Source: a virus
Direction: 5' to 3' (one strand)
IMG/VR virus record: IMGVR_UViG_3300029827_000114
DNA: 17,584 bases
The notes under the pieces are model-generated. The model searched no databases, was not told where the DNA came from, and saw only the letters and a program-made list of their open reading frames with translations. The translations under genes and the position numbers were made by a program. This document shows, one piece after another, positions 1-7,708 of this stretch. The number at the start of each line of letters is the position of its first letter. Position 1 is the stretch's first letter.

Positions 1-2
1 TA

Positions 3-194
3 ATTTTAGCTGAAGCTATTATGCATGATTTGGAACCTAGATTTCTTGATACACCCAAAGAGTGGATAAGTGAACGTGATGGTTTAGTATGCAGTAATGA
101 AGATTTGAAGGATTTTGAAAGAATTAGTTTGGATTCTGAATTGTCAGCTTTGAATTTTTGGAACAGGAGTATTGCGAACTCGAGTTCGTTGTAA
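3..194 (+). CDS. 3' end of an upstream CDS entering the window (partial), hypothetical protein
   Basis: Frame 3 is open from the window edge to TAA at 192-194 and is not in the supplied track. Its last codons span the first GCGAACTCGAGTTCG palindrome. No homology recognised. Confidence 0.3.
   Translation: MLAEAIMHDLEPRFLDTPKEWISERDGLVCSNEDLKDFERISLDSELSALNFWNRSIANSSSL
174..188. promoter_or_regulatory. Palindrome copy 1 (GCGAACTCGAGTTCG); Cheo/LexA-box-like CGAAC-N4-GTTCG
   Basis: Read directly: perfect inverted repeat, core CGAACTCGAGTTCG at 175-188. It lies about 20 nt upstream of the ATG at 210. Confidence 0.5.
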
Positions 195-209
195 AGAAGG
201 ATATATAAA

Positions 210-503
210 ATGGAATGGATAGGTGTTGATTTGGATGGGACATTGGCTGAGTATGATAAATGGCGTGGTCCTTCTCATATAGGTAAGCCTATTTCTAAAA
301 TGGTTGATAGAGTAAAAAGATGGCTTAAGGATGGAAAGGATGTTCAGATTTTAACAGCTAGAGTTCATAAGGATAATCCTGGTAAAGTTGAATCTGAATT
401 GGCGATTAATTTGTGGACTAAAAGAGTCTTTGGAAAATCGTTAAAGACTAGAGCTGATAAAGATTTGAATATGATTGAATTATGGGATGATAGATGTATT
501 TAG
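210..503 (+). CDS. Small HAD-superfamily phosphatase-like protein (possible 5'(3')-deoxynucleotidase type)
   Basis: N-terminal VDLDGTL (HAD motif I DxDGT), ILTAR (motif II Thr), a downstream Lys, and C-terminal ELWDD (motif IV DD), all within 97 aa. RBS AAGAAGGA upstream of the ATG. Confidence 0.55.
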   Translation: MEWIGVDLDGTLAEYDKWRGPSHIGKPISKMVDRVKRWLKDGKDVQILTARVHKDNPGKVESELAINLWTKRVFGKSLKTRADKDLNMIELWDDRCI

Positions 504-531
504 TTGCTTACTAATACTGGAGAAAGAGTTG

Positions 532-735
532 ATGGTAAAGAATAAAGTAATTATATCTTGGGAAATAGATGATTGTAAGATGTGTCCAAACTATAGGTTA
601 TCCCGTGGTATACATCAATGTAGTCTTAATATTGCATGTATGTTAAAAGTTAAATTTACTGTAAAAGATATGGTAAATGTTATTGAAATACCAATTCCAG
701 ATGAATGTCCATTACTTGAGGTAAAACAGGATTGA
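532..735 (+). CDS. Hypothetical small Cys-containing protein (start trimmed to ATG 532)
   Basis: ORF 475..735 overlaps the previous gene. The in-frame ATG at 532 follows GGAG (519-522) with a 9-nt spacer. CxxC plus an additional Cys suggest possible metal binding. Confidence 0.4.
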   Translation: MVKNKVIISWEIDDCKMCPNYRLSRGIHQCSLNIACMLKVKFTVKDMVNVIEIPIPDECPLLEVKQD

Positions 736-757
736 GAAAGTAAGATGAGGTTATAAG

Positions 758-1012
758 ATGGCTGTTTTTTATGAAGAACATGAAAAACCAACAAGAATAT
801 TTAGTTTTAAAGATACTATTGGTGATTTTCATTTTATTGATTTTACATTAATTTATAGAATAAGTATTCATGAAAATTGTGCGTCTGATTCATCTGATGT
901 ATCTATATTTTGGAATTTTAAAATTACTGGATTAATTAAAACTGAATTTAAGACAAGTAAAGATAGTGCAAAAAAAATAGCTAATGCATGGTGTATGTAT
1001 ATTAAGAGGTAA
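758..1012 (+). CDS. Hypothetical protein
   Basis: 84-aa ORF with GAGG upstream; no recognisable motif. Confidence 0.4.
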   Translation: MAVFYEEHEKPTRIFSFKDTIGDFHFIDFTLIYRISIHENCASDSSDVSIFWNFKITGLIKTEFKTSKDSAKKIANAWCMYIKR

Positions 1013-1016
1013 TTAA

Positions 1017-1283
1017 ATGAATGAAGATGACAGTAAGTTATCTATAGTTAAAAAAAGTAATGATAGTGTTGAGTTGTTTAGTTTATCTGCAATTTATACT
1101 CAAGATGCAGATTCTTGTAGTAATGAAACATGTCATGAATTGGAATTGAAGACAGATGATGCAGGTGGCGGAATGTATTATGTTTTATCTACGAAAAGAT
1201 GGGCTTTTGAAAGTGTTGATGAGATAGTAGGTATAATTGAAGATTTTCTGAAAAGAGTAAAGGATGGTGAGAATTATGATTGA
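1017..1283 (+). CDS. Hypothetical acidic protein
   Basis: 88-aa ORF starting 4 nt after the previous stop; no recognisable motif. Confidence 0.4.
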   Translation: MNEDDSKLSIVKKSNDSVELFSLSAIYTQDADSCSNETCHELELKTDDAGGGMYYVLSTKRWAFESVDEIVGIIEDFLKRVKDGENYD

Positions 1284-1554
1284 AATTATGAGTAAAATTA
1301 AATGTATAAAATGTGATTATATGGCTAAAGATATAGAGGATATGATGTGTCATATTGAAAAAGAACATGTTGATGTGTTTAATATGATTGAATCTATTAA
1401 GAATGTTGATCCAAATGAAAGAGGTAAAAAAATTGCTAGTGTTATTGAAGAAATGTTAGGAGAAAAGATTCATGGAAATATTAATTATGATTCTCTTAGT
1501 GATATGTATGCTTTAAATGGTATATGTTCAATATTGGAATTGATTGTTTATTAA
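1276..1554 (+). CDS. Hypothetical protein with C-x2-C-x12-H-x4-H spacing
   Basis: The track ORF starts at 1264, but the in-frame ATG at 1276 follows GGTGAG. The sequence CIKCDYMAKDIEDMMCHIEKEH has C2H2-like spacing, which may be coincidental. Confidence 0.35.
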   Translation: MIEIMSKIKCIKCDYMAKDIEDMMCHIEKEHVDVFNMIESIKNVDPNERGKKIASVIEEMLGEKIHGNINYDSLSDMYALNGICSILELIVY

Positions 1555-1577
1555 TATATATAATAAGGAGAGTAGTT

Positions 1578-2105
1578 GTGGTTAAACCTGAGATTAAGCC
1601 GGAATGGGTTGAAAAGTATACTGATTCATTTGCATCACATTTAAGATATTATCGGCAGGCTGCTGATAAACTTGGTGTGGATAAATCACTTGTGCTGATT
1701 CATGATAATTCAAAAAGTATGCATGAAGAATTTCCTTGGTATGTAAGGAGATTTGGTGGTGAGATTAAAGATGATCCTGAATGGTTGGCTGCTTGGAATC
1801 ATCATATTCATAATAATCCTCATCATTGGGAATATTGGATAACACCAGGTGGTAATAATGAACCCAGTACAATATTGCCAATGCCAGAAAGATATGTGTT
1901 AGAAATGGTGGCAGATTGGATGGGGTCTGGGCGTGCATATACTGGTGATTGGGATATGACAGATTGGTTAAGTAGAAATTTGTCAAGGATAAAAATTCAT
2001 AACAAGACAAGAGGACATGTTGAGAGAATTTTAGTTGATAAGCTTGGTTATGAGAGACAGGATATGATGTTATGGGGATTGGATTGTAGGGCAGCTAAAA
2101 AATGA
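1578..2105 (+). CDS. Hypothetical protein, possible HD-domain metal-dependent phosphohydrolase
   Basis: The track ATG at 1524 lies inside the upstream gene. GTG at 1578 follows GGAG (1567-1570) with a 7-nt spacer. Motifs His (ASHLRYY), HD (LIHDNSK), later His cluster (HHIHNNPHH) and Asp (MVADWM) are in HD-domain order. Weak call. Confidence 0.35.
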   Translation: MVKPEIKPEWVEKYTDSFASHLRYYRQAADKLGVDKSLVLIHDNSKSMHEEFPWYVRRFGGEIKDDPEWLAAWNHHIHNNPHHWEYWITPGGNNEPSTILPMPERYVLEMVADWMGSGRAYTGDWDMTDWLSRNLSRIKIHNKTRGHVERILVDKLGYERQDMMLWGLDCRAAKK

Positions 2106-2171
2106 ATGGTTTTTTGTCGGGTATTTGGGGTTGTAAAGAGGGTAGTTGTTTATTGTTAGAAGAGGATACTA

Positions 2172-2897
2172 ATGAATAATTTTATTGTATTTGAAGGTAT
2201 TGATGGTGTTGGAACTACAACACAATCATATATGATGTATGAATATTTAAAAGATTTGATTGGAAAGAATCAAGTTGTATGGACAAAAGAACCAACTGAT
2301 TGTTGTATTGGACATTTAATACGAGAGATTTTAGGTGGTACAGAAGAGAAGCCTTCTGGTAATGCCATGGAATTACTGTTTAGAGCAGATAGAATAGACC
2401 ATGTTGAGGATTTTATAAGACCAAAGATAGAGGAAGGGAAATGGGTTATTTGCGATAGATATTATCCTTCAACACTTGTGTATCAAGGAATTCAAAATAC
2501 TATGTTAGATAGTATAAAGCAGATGAAGCGTATGTTTTATCATTTTATTGATAATGATGGAATTGTTATTCCTATTTTAACAATTATTTTAGATGCTGAT
2601 GTTGATATTTGTCAGAGCAGAATAAAAGATAGGGATATTCATCGTGAAATTTATGAAGATATAGAATTTCAATTAAAGGTAAAAGAATTGTATTTAGAGT
2701 GGGCTAATGTCGATTGGGATAGAATAGCTGGGGCACATGGTAAAACTGATGAAATTATTTATCCATGGAATAAGAAAATAGTTGTTGATGCGAATGGAAG
2801 TGAAAAAGAAGTTCATGATAGATGTAAAAAAGTATTATGTGATGTTTTATCTGATGCTTTAGGTATCGATTGGAACAGTTTAGAAGGTATAAAATGA
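2172..2897 (+). CDS. Thymidylate kinase-like (dNMP kinase family) protein with atypical P-loop
   Basis: FEGIDGVGTTT matches the Tmk P-loop EGxDGxGKTT except Lys is replaced by Thr. The CDRYYPSTLVYQG motif (Tmk DRY...YQ) and an Arg-rich lid-like segment (QSRIKDRDIHRE) are present. Confidence 0.6.
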   Translation: MNNFIVFEGIDGVGTTTQSYMMYEYLKDLIGKNQVVWTKEPTDCCIGHLIREILGGTEEKPSGNAMELLFRADRIDHVEDFIRPKIEEGKWVICDRYYPSTLVYQGIQNTMLDSIKQMKRMFYHFIDNDGIVIPILTIILDADVDICQSRIKDRDIHREIYEDIEFQLKVKELYLEWANVDWDRIAGAHGKTDEIIYPWNKKIVVDANGSEKEVHDRCKKVLCDVLSDALGIDWNSLEGIK

Positions 2898-3457
2898 AAT
2901 ATTCTGTTTATGCAAAAGTTATTGGAAGTAAATATTTGGGTGAGGTAGAAGCTTCTAGCGAAAAAGAGGCCATTGAAAAAGGTTGGGAATTAGACGAAGC
3001 TTGCGTTTGTCTTTGCCATCAGTGTTCTTCGGAATGTGAAAACCCAGAAGTAGGTCATATATCTGTTGTTCAGCATGGAGATGAGGATAATGGGGATTTT
3101 GATAAGAGTGGTGTTGAGTTAATAGCAGATGAGAGAAGAAGGCAGATTGAAGAAGAGAAGTATAGTTTAGAACATGATAGATCTGTTAATAAATGTGGTC
3201 AACTGTCTTGGGCAGCTATTGCATATGCTGCACCCGGAAGAGTATACAGAAGAATGGGATTAGGAGAATCTAATTTTAAGTTTGTTGACCCGTTTCCTTG
3301 GGATATTCAGTATGATGTTAGACTTAGAACGAGGAAGGCAGATAGAGGGAGTTTTTGTCCTTCTGAATATGAAAAAGAGGAGAGGATGAGTTTGTTGATA
3401 AAAGCTGGTGCTTTGATTGCTGCAGAGATAGATAGGTTGAACAAATGGCAGAAGTAA
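2894..3457 (+). CDS. Hypothetical Cys-rich protein
   Basis: The ATG at 2894 overlaps the upstream stop as ATGA, with GAAGG upstream. Cys cluster CVCLCHQCSSEC. Any resemblance to MazG-like pyrophosphohydrolases is speculative. Confidence 0.45.
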   Translation: MKYSVYAKVIGSKYLGEVEASSEKEAIEKGWELDEACVCLCHQCSSECENPEVGHISVVQHGDEDNGDFDKSGVELIADERRRQIEEEKYSLEHDRSVNKCGQLSWAAIAYAAPGRVYRRMGLGESNFKFVDPFPWDIQYDVRLRTRKADRGSFCPSEYEKEERMSLLIKAGALIAAEIDRLNKWQK

Positions 3458-3699
3458 AAGATGGGTTAGAAGTACTTTCTAGGGTTTCTGGTGTTCCTAA
3501 AAAGGAAGTTGATGAGATATGGCAGAGAGTAAAAGAAAATAAAGCCAGGTTAGATTCTTGTGAACTTCCTCATGATTTTTATCCGATAAATGAGAATGGT
3601 AGGTTACCAAGAAAAGCTGTATGCAAGAAGTGTCTTGGTGTTGTTGATATAACTAATGCTAGATTTTATATACAAGGTTTAAGAGATGCAAAAGGATGA
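3445..3699 (+). CDS. Hypothetical protein
   Basis: 84-aa ORF overlapping the upstream gene by 13 nt. Confidence 0.4.
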   Translation: MAEVKDGLEVLSRVSGVPKKEVDEIWQRVKENKARLDSCELPHDFYPINENGRLPRKAVCKKCLGVVDITNARFYIQGLRDAKG

Positions 3700-3868
3700 A
3701 GAAAAGGTTCATATTTGTACATGGGAAGACCCATGGACACCTGAAAAATCTAAGAGAGCACAGCATCCATTTGCAAAATGTGTATTTGATGGTGGTTGGG
3801 AACAAGAATACGAGAGATATGAATGTCCGTGTTGTGGCAAGAGATATAAAGTAGATATTCCTGGTTAG
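3686..3868 (+). CDS. Hypothetical Zn-ribbon mini-protein
   Basis: 60-aa ORF with C...C...CPCC. Confidence 0.4.
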   Translation: MQKDEEKVHICTWEDPWTPEKSKRAQHPFAKCVFDGGWEQEYERYECPCCGKRYKVDIPG

Positions 3869-3885
3869 GAATGGAAGGATAGAAA

Positions 3886-4092
3886 ATGAAAGAGAAGAGG
3901 ATGAGGGATGAAGATAGATTAATTGGAATAGCTTTTGATGATAAGTATGATGATAATTGTCCATGTTTTCATGTATTTGAAAATAAAGATGATTTGATAG
4001 AATTTATTGGTGATTATAAAGATGAAATTGGAGAATATTCTGTATATAAACTAGAAAGAATTTTTTTAGACAAAGATAGAATTTTACATTAA
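3886..4092 (+). CDS. Hypothetical acidic protein
   Basis: 68-aa ORF with GGAAGG upstream. Confidence 0.4.
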   Translation: MKEKRMRDEDRLIGIAFDDKYDDNCPCFHVFENKDDLIEFIGDYKDEIGEYSVYKLERIFLDKDRILH

Positions 4093-4103
4093 CAAGGAGA
4101 TGA

Positions 4104-4991
4104 ATGATGAAGGTTTTTTATCACAGGGATGCTGACGGTAAATGTGCTGGGTATATTGCTAGGAATTTTATTACTAAGGGAGATATAGTAGGATTAGGTT
4201 CATCAGTAGAATGTATATCCATAAATTATAATGAAGAATTTCCGATTGATAGAATTAGGGAAGATGAGGGGGTTGTTATTGTTGATTTTAGTCTTAATCC
4301 AGATGTTATGTCAGATTTGGTTAAAAAAACACATAATGTGATATGGATTGACCATCATATAAGTGCCATAGAAAAGCTTGATTCCTTTAAGCATGTTCGT
4401 GGTTTAAGGTCTGTTGATTTTTCAGGTTGTGAACTGACTTGGTTGTATTTTCATGATAAAATTGAGGGGCATAATATAAAAATAAAAGAAAAATTGCTAG
4501 AGTTTTGTCCGAAATCGTTTCGTTTGATTGGTGATAGGGATGTGTGGCGGTTTCAATATGGAGATGAATCAAGATGGTTTAATGAGGCTTTTAAATTGAT
4601 GGGTTCTCCATGTCCTGAAGATGAAGAAGCTTGGGAAAAATTGACTTTTCAGACTGATGAATTGTTAAAAAATGGAAAGTTGCTTTGTGAACATACTGCT
4701 ATGATAAATAAAGCATTTACAGATACTTGGGCATATGAAGCTTATTTAGAGGGGTATAAGATACTTGTATGTAATTCTGCTATTTCTGGGGCTGAAATAT
4801 TTGGAGATAGAGTAAAAGATTACCCTTTTGTAGCTGTATATTGTCATAACGGTAAGAATTGGACTACATCGCTTTATTCTATACAGATGGATGTATTAGA
4901 GATAGCTAAAAGATGTGGTGGTGGGGGTCATCCAAGGGCTTGTGGTTTTACATCAGATGAAGTTCCTTTTGAAAGGATTTATAAAATATGA
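4104..4991 (+). CDS. DHH/DHHA1 phosphoesterase (NrnA-like nanoRNase / pAp phosphatase family)
   Basis: DHH motifs in order: HRDADG (I), VIVDFS (II), IDHH (III). C-terminal GGGGHPRACGF matches the DHHA1 GGGH motif. AAGGAG at 4094-4099; the start is probably ATG 4107 (ATG 4104 is also possible). Confidence 0.7.
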   Translation: MMKVFYHRDADGKCAGYIARNFITKGDIVGLGSSVECISINYNEEFPIDRIREDEGVVIVDFSLNPDVMSDLVKKTHNVIWIDHHISAIEKLDSFKHVRGLRSVDFSGCELTWLYFHDKIEGHNIKIKEKLLEFCPKSFRLIGDRDVWRFQYGDESRWFNEAFKLMGSPCPEDEEAWEKLTFQTDELLKNGKLLCEHTAMINKAFTDTWAYEAYLEGYKILVCNSAISGAEIFGDRVKDYPFVAVYCHNGKNWTTSLYSIQMDVLEIAKRCGGGGHPRACGFTSDEVPFERIYKI

Positions 4992-5155
4992 ATTGTGAAA
5001 AAATAGAGATGTCACAGGAAGAAATTAATGATCGTTTGAGAATGTTAAATGATAGACTTCCATTAGAAGTTAGAGAAGATTTTGAATATAGGTTTATTGG
5101 ATATAAAAAATGTGATGGTGTTTTTACAGCAACATTTGGAATTTATAAAAAATGA
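4988..5155 (+). CDS. Hypothetical small protein (55 aa), not in track
   Basis: ATG 4988 overlaps the DHH gene stop as ATGA. The open frame runs to TGA 5153-5155. Confidence 0.3.
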   Translation: MNCEKIEMSQEEINDRLRMLNDRLPLEVREDFEYRFIGYKKCDGVFTATFGIYKK

Positions 5156-5288
5156 TAAAATAGGAATAGATGATGACCTTTATGATGATGAGGATGATCC
5201 TTGTATAAAGTGTCGGTTTAGATATACAAAAATTTGTTGGTTTTTAGGATGTATAAAGAGAATAAAGATTAGATATGTATGTTGTTAG
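5115..5288 (+). CDS. Hypothetical Cys-rich mini-protein (start uncertain; track gives TTG 5082)
   Basis: A different frame from 4988..5155 and overlapping it. Contains a poly-Asp stretch then CIKC...C...C. Which of the two overlapping ORFs is expressed cannot be decided from sequence. Confidence 0.3.
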   Translation: MVFLQQHLEFIKNDKIGIDDDLYDDEDDPCIKCRFRYTKICWFLGCIKRIKIRYVCC

Positions 5289-5715
5289 TTGGATATCGTT
5301 TGATGATGCTGTTAAAAGTAATAATTTTTATTATTTGAATTTTGGTGGTTGGTTTGGAATAAATGATGATAAACAATATACAGGAAAAAGATGTGATTTT
5401 AGGGCGAGGCATAGGTGGTGTGATTATATTGATAGATCACCCAATGATATTGAGTTATATCTGGAGGCAATAAGAGTTTCTGTTGTTGATAAATATGTTT
5501 CAGTTGATAAGGCAATGAAACATAATGGAATATATCATCAAAGATATAAAGATGGTGTTCCTTTGTTTTCTGATGGTAAAGCAGGTGTGTTTTCTAGAAA
5601 TGCTTGGGGTGATTTGATGGCTGCAATTTGGACTGAAGTTAGTATAGAGAATGATATTGATTCATATAATGAATTTGGTTTGTGTGCTCAATATTGTTAT
5701 TATGATTTTAGATGA
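5275..5715 (+). CDS. Hypothetical protein
   Basis: 146-aa ORF; no recognisable motif. Confidence 0.45.
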   Translation: MYVVSWISFDDAVKSNNFYYLNFGGWFGINDDKQYTGKRCDFRARHRWCDYIDRSPNDIELYLEAIRVSVVDKYVSVDKAMKHNGIYHQRYKDGVPLFSDGKAGVFSRNAWGDLMAAIWTEVSIENDIDSYNEFGLCAQYCYYDFR

Positions 5716-5727
5716 AAGGTGATTAGG

Positions 5728-6138
5728 ATGTGTGATGAGATAAAGAATAATAAGTTTAGTACTACTTTATTTAAACTTATAGAAGCAGAAGAAGAAGTTA
5801 AGATAGTTTGGAAAAAAGTGAGAGAGGATATAATAAAATGTATTGGTGTTGAAAATATTATATTGAAAATGATTGATATGTGTTTTGATAATTTTATTCA
5901 AATGGTAACAGCATTAAGAATTTATCATGATGATGATGGTAAATGGTTTATGAAGTGTGGAGATGAAATAGAGTCTATTCCTATTTATGAAGGTTTTGAA
6001 TTGAATATTGAACATTTTATTTATGAACAAGCATATAATATGTTGCAAAGGAAATTTAATAGATCATTTTTTATGATAGATCAAGTTTTGATAAATTTTT
6101 ATGAAAATATGGGCAATAAAAAAGCAGATTTGGTATGA
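5728..6138 (+). CDS. Hypothetical protein
   Basis: GTG 5719 or, more likely, ATG 5728 preceded by GGTGA with a 5-nt spacer. Confidence 0.45.
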   Translation: MCDEIKNNKFSTTLFKLIEAEEEVKIVWKKVREDIIKCIGVENIILKMIDMCFDNFIQMVTALRIYHDDDGKWFMKCGDEIESIPIYEGFELNIEHFIYEQAYNMLQRKFNRSFFMIDQVLINFYENMGNKKADLV

Positions 6139-6446
6139 AAAATATAATAGATGGTGTTAATAGTGTTGAGAATGAAATCATGGCTAAACTAATTAATAAT
6201 ATTAAGATTGATATGGATATCTTGGTTTTAGAAGCGATAAATAAGATTATTAATGTGTTTTTTGAAGATAAGTTGGTGTTGAGTGAAGTTAGAGATAGGA
6301 TTACTGTTGGTTTTGGTCCTGGAAGATCTGAGAATGTTTTATTTAAAAATATTGTTTTTTTAGATAAGGTACCGATGATTGAAGTAGTTCTTATGAAAGA
6401 AGATAATAAGATGTTTTTAAAAAAACGTTTGGTAGAATTAGTATGA
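6135..6446 (+). CDS. Hypothetical protein
   Basis: ATGA stop/start overlap with the upstream gene. Confidence 0.45.
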   Translation: MKNIIDGVNSVENEIMAKLINNIKIDMDILVLEAINKIINVFFEDKLVLSEVRDRITVGFGPGRSENVLFKNIVFLDKVPMIEVVLMKEDNKMFLKKRLVELV

Positions 6447-7150
6447 ATTGGCATTCTATTATATTTTCAGGGAAAATGGTTAGAGCAATTATTGCTGAAA
6501 AGAAGAGTCAAACCAGAAGAGTTTTGAAAAAACAACCTAAAGTTGTAGTGGATGGTAAAGTCCCATATACATGGGAAGTATCTGGTGGTGATTTTTCTAA
6601 AAGTAAAATTTTGAAATGCCCATATGGAAAACCAGGGGATTTTCTATGGGTAAAAGAAAAATATGCGTTATCTTTATGTGACCCAGAAACACCAGAAGAA
6701 GATAGAGATATAAAGAATTCCTATATATGGGATCATCCAGTATATGCAGCAACAGATAAGGGTGGAGAATGGTGCATGGAAGAGGTAGTAGATGAAATTT
6801 TGATTTCTAAGCCAATTGATGCACCATGGAGAAATCCTGTTTTTATGCCTAGATGGGTATCTAGGATTTATTTGAAAATAGTTAATGCTGACCTTAAAAG
6901 ACTTCATGATATTTCAGAACAAGATATTATTGATGAAGGAATATTTTTGCCTCCTTTGTATCTTGGAGCAATTAATGGTGAGCCAGTAGAGAATGATTCT
7001 TGGTGGGATGCTGAACGAAAAGAGATGAAAGACCCATGGTCGTTTTTTTCTGAAGAATGGGACATTATAAATGCTAAACGTGGATATCCATGGAAAGAGA
7101 ATCATTGGGTTTGGGTTGTAAAATTCAAGATACATGAGATATTTAAGTAA
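6443..7150 (+). CDS. ASCH/PUA-like domain protein (putative)
   Basis: ATGA overlap. N-terminal HSIIFSGKMVRAIIAEKKSQTRR resembles the ASCH N-terminal beta-strand/GKK..R signature. The C-terminal 120 aa is unassigned. Confidence 0.45.
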   Translation: MNWHSIIFSGKMVRAIIAEKKSQTRRVLKKQPKVVVDGKVPYTWEVSGGDFSKSKILKCPYGKPGDFLWVKEKYALSLCDPETPEEDRDIKNSYIWDHPVYAATDKGGEWCMEEVVDEILISKPIDAPWRNPVFMPRWVSRIYLKIVNADLKRLHDISEQDIIDEGIFLPPLYLGAINGEPVENDSWWDAERKEMKDPWSFFSEEWDIINAKRGYPWKENHWVWVVKFKIHEIFK

Positions 7151-7163
7151 TTAGAAAAAAGTG

Positions 7164-7190
7164 TTGACAAAGCATTTTTTAGGCTATAAC
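7164..7190 (+). promoter_or_regulatory. Sigma-70-like promoter (TTGACA ... TATAAC)
   Basis: Perfect -35 TTGACA at 7164-7169 and TATAAC at 7185-7190 with a 15-16-nt spacer, about 50 nt upstream of ATG 7243. Confidence 0.45.
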
Positions 7191-7242
7191 TTGTGTCTAG
7201 GATACGGTTTGAGATTGCCGTTTTATCACAAGGAGAAAAAAG

Positions 7243-7491
7243 ATGGATATTGTCAAGCTTATCAAAGAAAGAGGTAGAGTAGATATAGAGGAAAAGGAAG
7301 GAAAGCTTTTGATTCTAAGGAGTTTGATGATAAGTGGAACTGGAAAGGTTATGTTGAGAGAAACATATGTTGCTAAGAATGGGGAGGTAGTGCTTGATTG
7401 TGTTGAAATGGGGGAATCTAGAGAGAGATTGGTAAAGCAGGAGGATGTTTCGTGGGAAAAGATGGAGATTGGTTTAAGGATGGGGTGTTAG
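7243..7491 (+). CDS. Hypothetical protein
   Basis: AAGGAG followed by ATG. The stop codon abuts palindrome copy 2. Confidence 0.45.
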   Translation: MDIVKLIKERGRVDIEEKEGKLLILRSLMISGTGKVMLRETYVAKNGEVVLDCVEMGESRERLVKQEDVSWEKMEIGLRMGC

Positions 7492-7506
7492 CGAACTCGA
7501 GTTCGC
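7491..7506. promoter_or_regulatory. Palindrome copy 2 (GCGAACTCGAGTTCGC, 16-bp perfect)
   Basis: Read directly. It overlaps the last base of the TAG stop of the upstream gene. Confidence 0.5.
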
Positions 7507-7623
7507 AAGAAATAGTTTCAAAATGTAAAGGATTATATTTTAGATATATAATGAAAATAATGATGAACATAATTTTGATTTATCTTATCATGATGATATC
7601 GTTTTAAAAATAAATGGTGAGTG

Positions 7624-7663
7624 TTATCCGTTGAAGAAAAACTAATAATAGTTTTACGGATAA
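7624..7663 (+). promoter_or_regulatory. Stem-loop in the leader of the vault-protein gene
   Basis: TTATCCGT (7624-7631) pairs with ACGGATAA (7656-7663), and inner AAAACT (7638-7643) pairs with AGTTTT (7650-7655). No downstream T-run. Confidence 0.35.
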
Positions 7664-7708
7664 GAGTTTAAATTGGCTGAAAAGCTGTTGGCAAAAAGGA
7701 GATAAATA

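Noticed and set aside
1305-1380. C2H2 zinc finger in ORF 1276..1554
   Set aside because: Spacing C-x2-C-x12-H-x4-H fits, but it is a single instance in a prokaryotic mini-protein without the hydrophobic core positions. It may be chance, so it is kept only as a note in the feature.
1765-2010. Minus-strand ORFs from the track (1765..2010, 3659..3964, 4387..4572, 6071..6454, 6674..7135, 7888..8079, 8231..8554, 9950..10243, 11126..11335, 11457..11666, 12927..13193, 13370..13591, 13653..14346, 14656..14898, 15552..15797, 15941..16138)
   Set aside because: All lie antisense within better-supported + strand genes. They lack SD sequences and have low-complexity translations, so they are shadow ORFs typical of AT-rich DNA.
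5152-5163. ATG 5152 (ATGA overlap with 4988..5155) as start of the next gene
   Set aside because: That frame hits TAG after three codons.
7507-7708. tRNA or tmRNA gene in the MVP leader
   Set aside because: No GTTCGA/TTCGAATCC-type T-loop, no acceptor/anticodon stem arrangement. Only a single hairpin was found.
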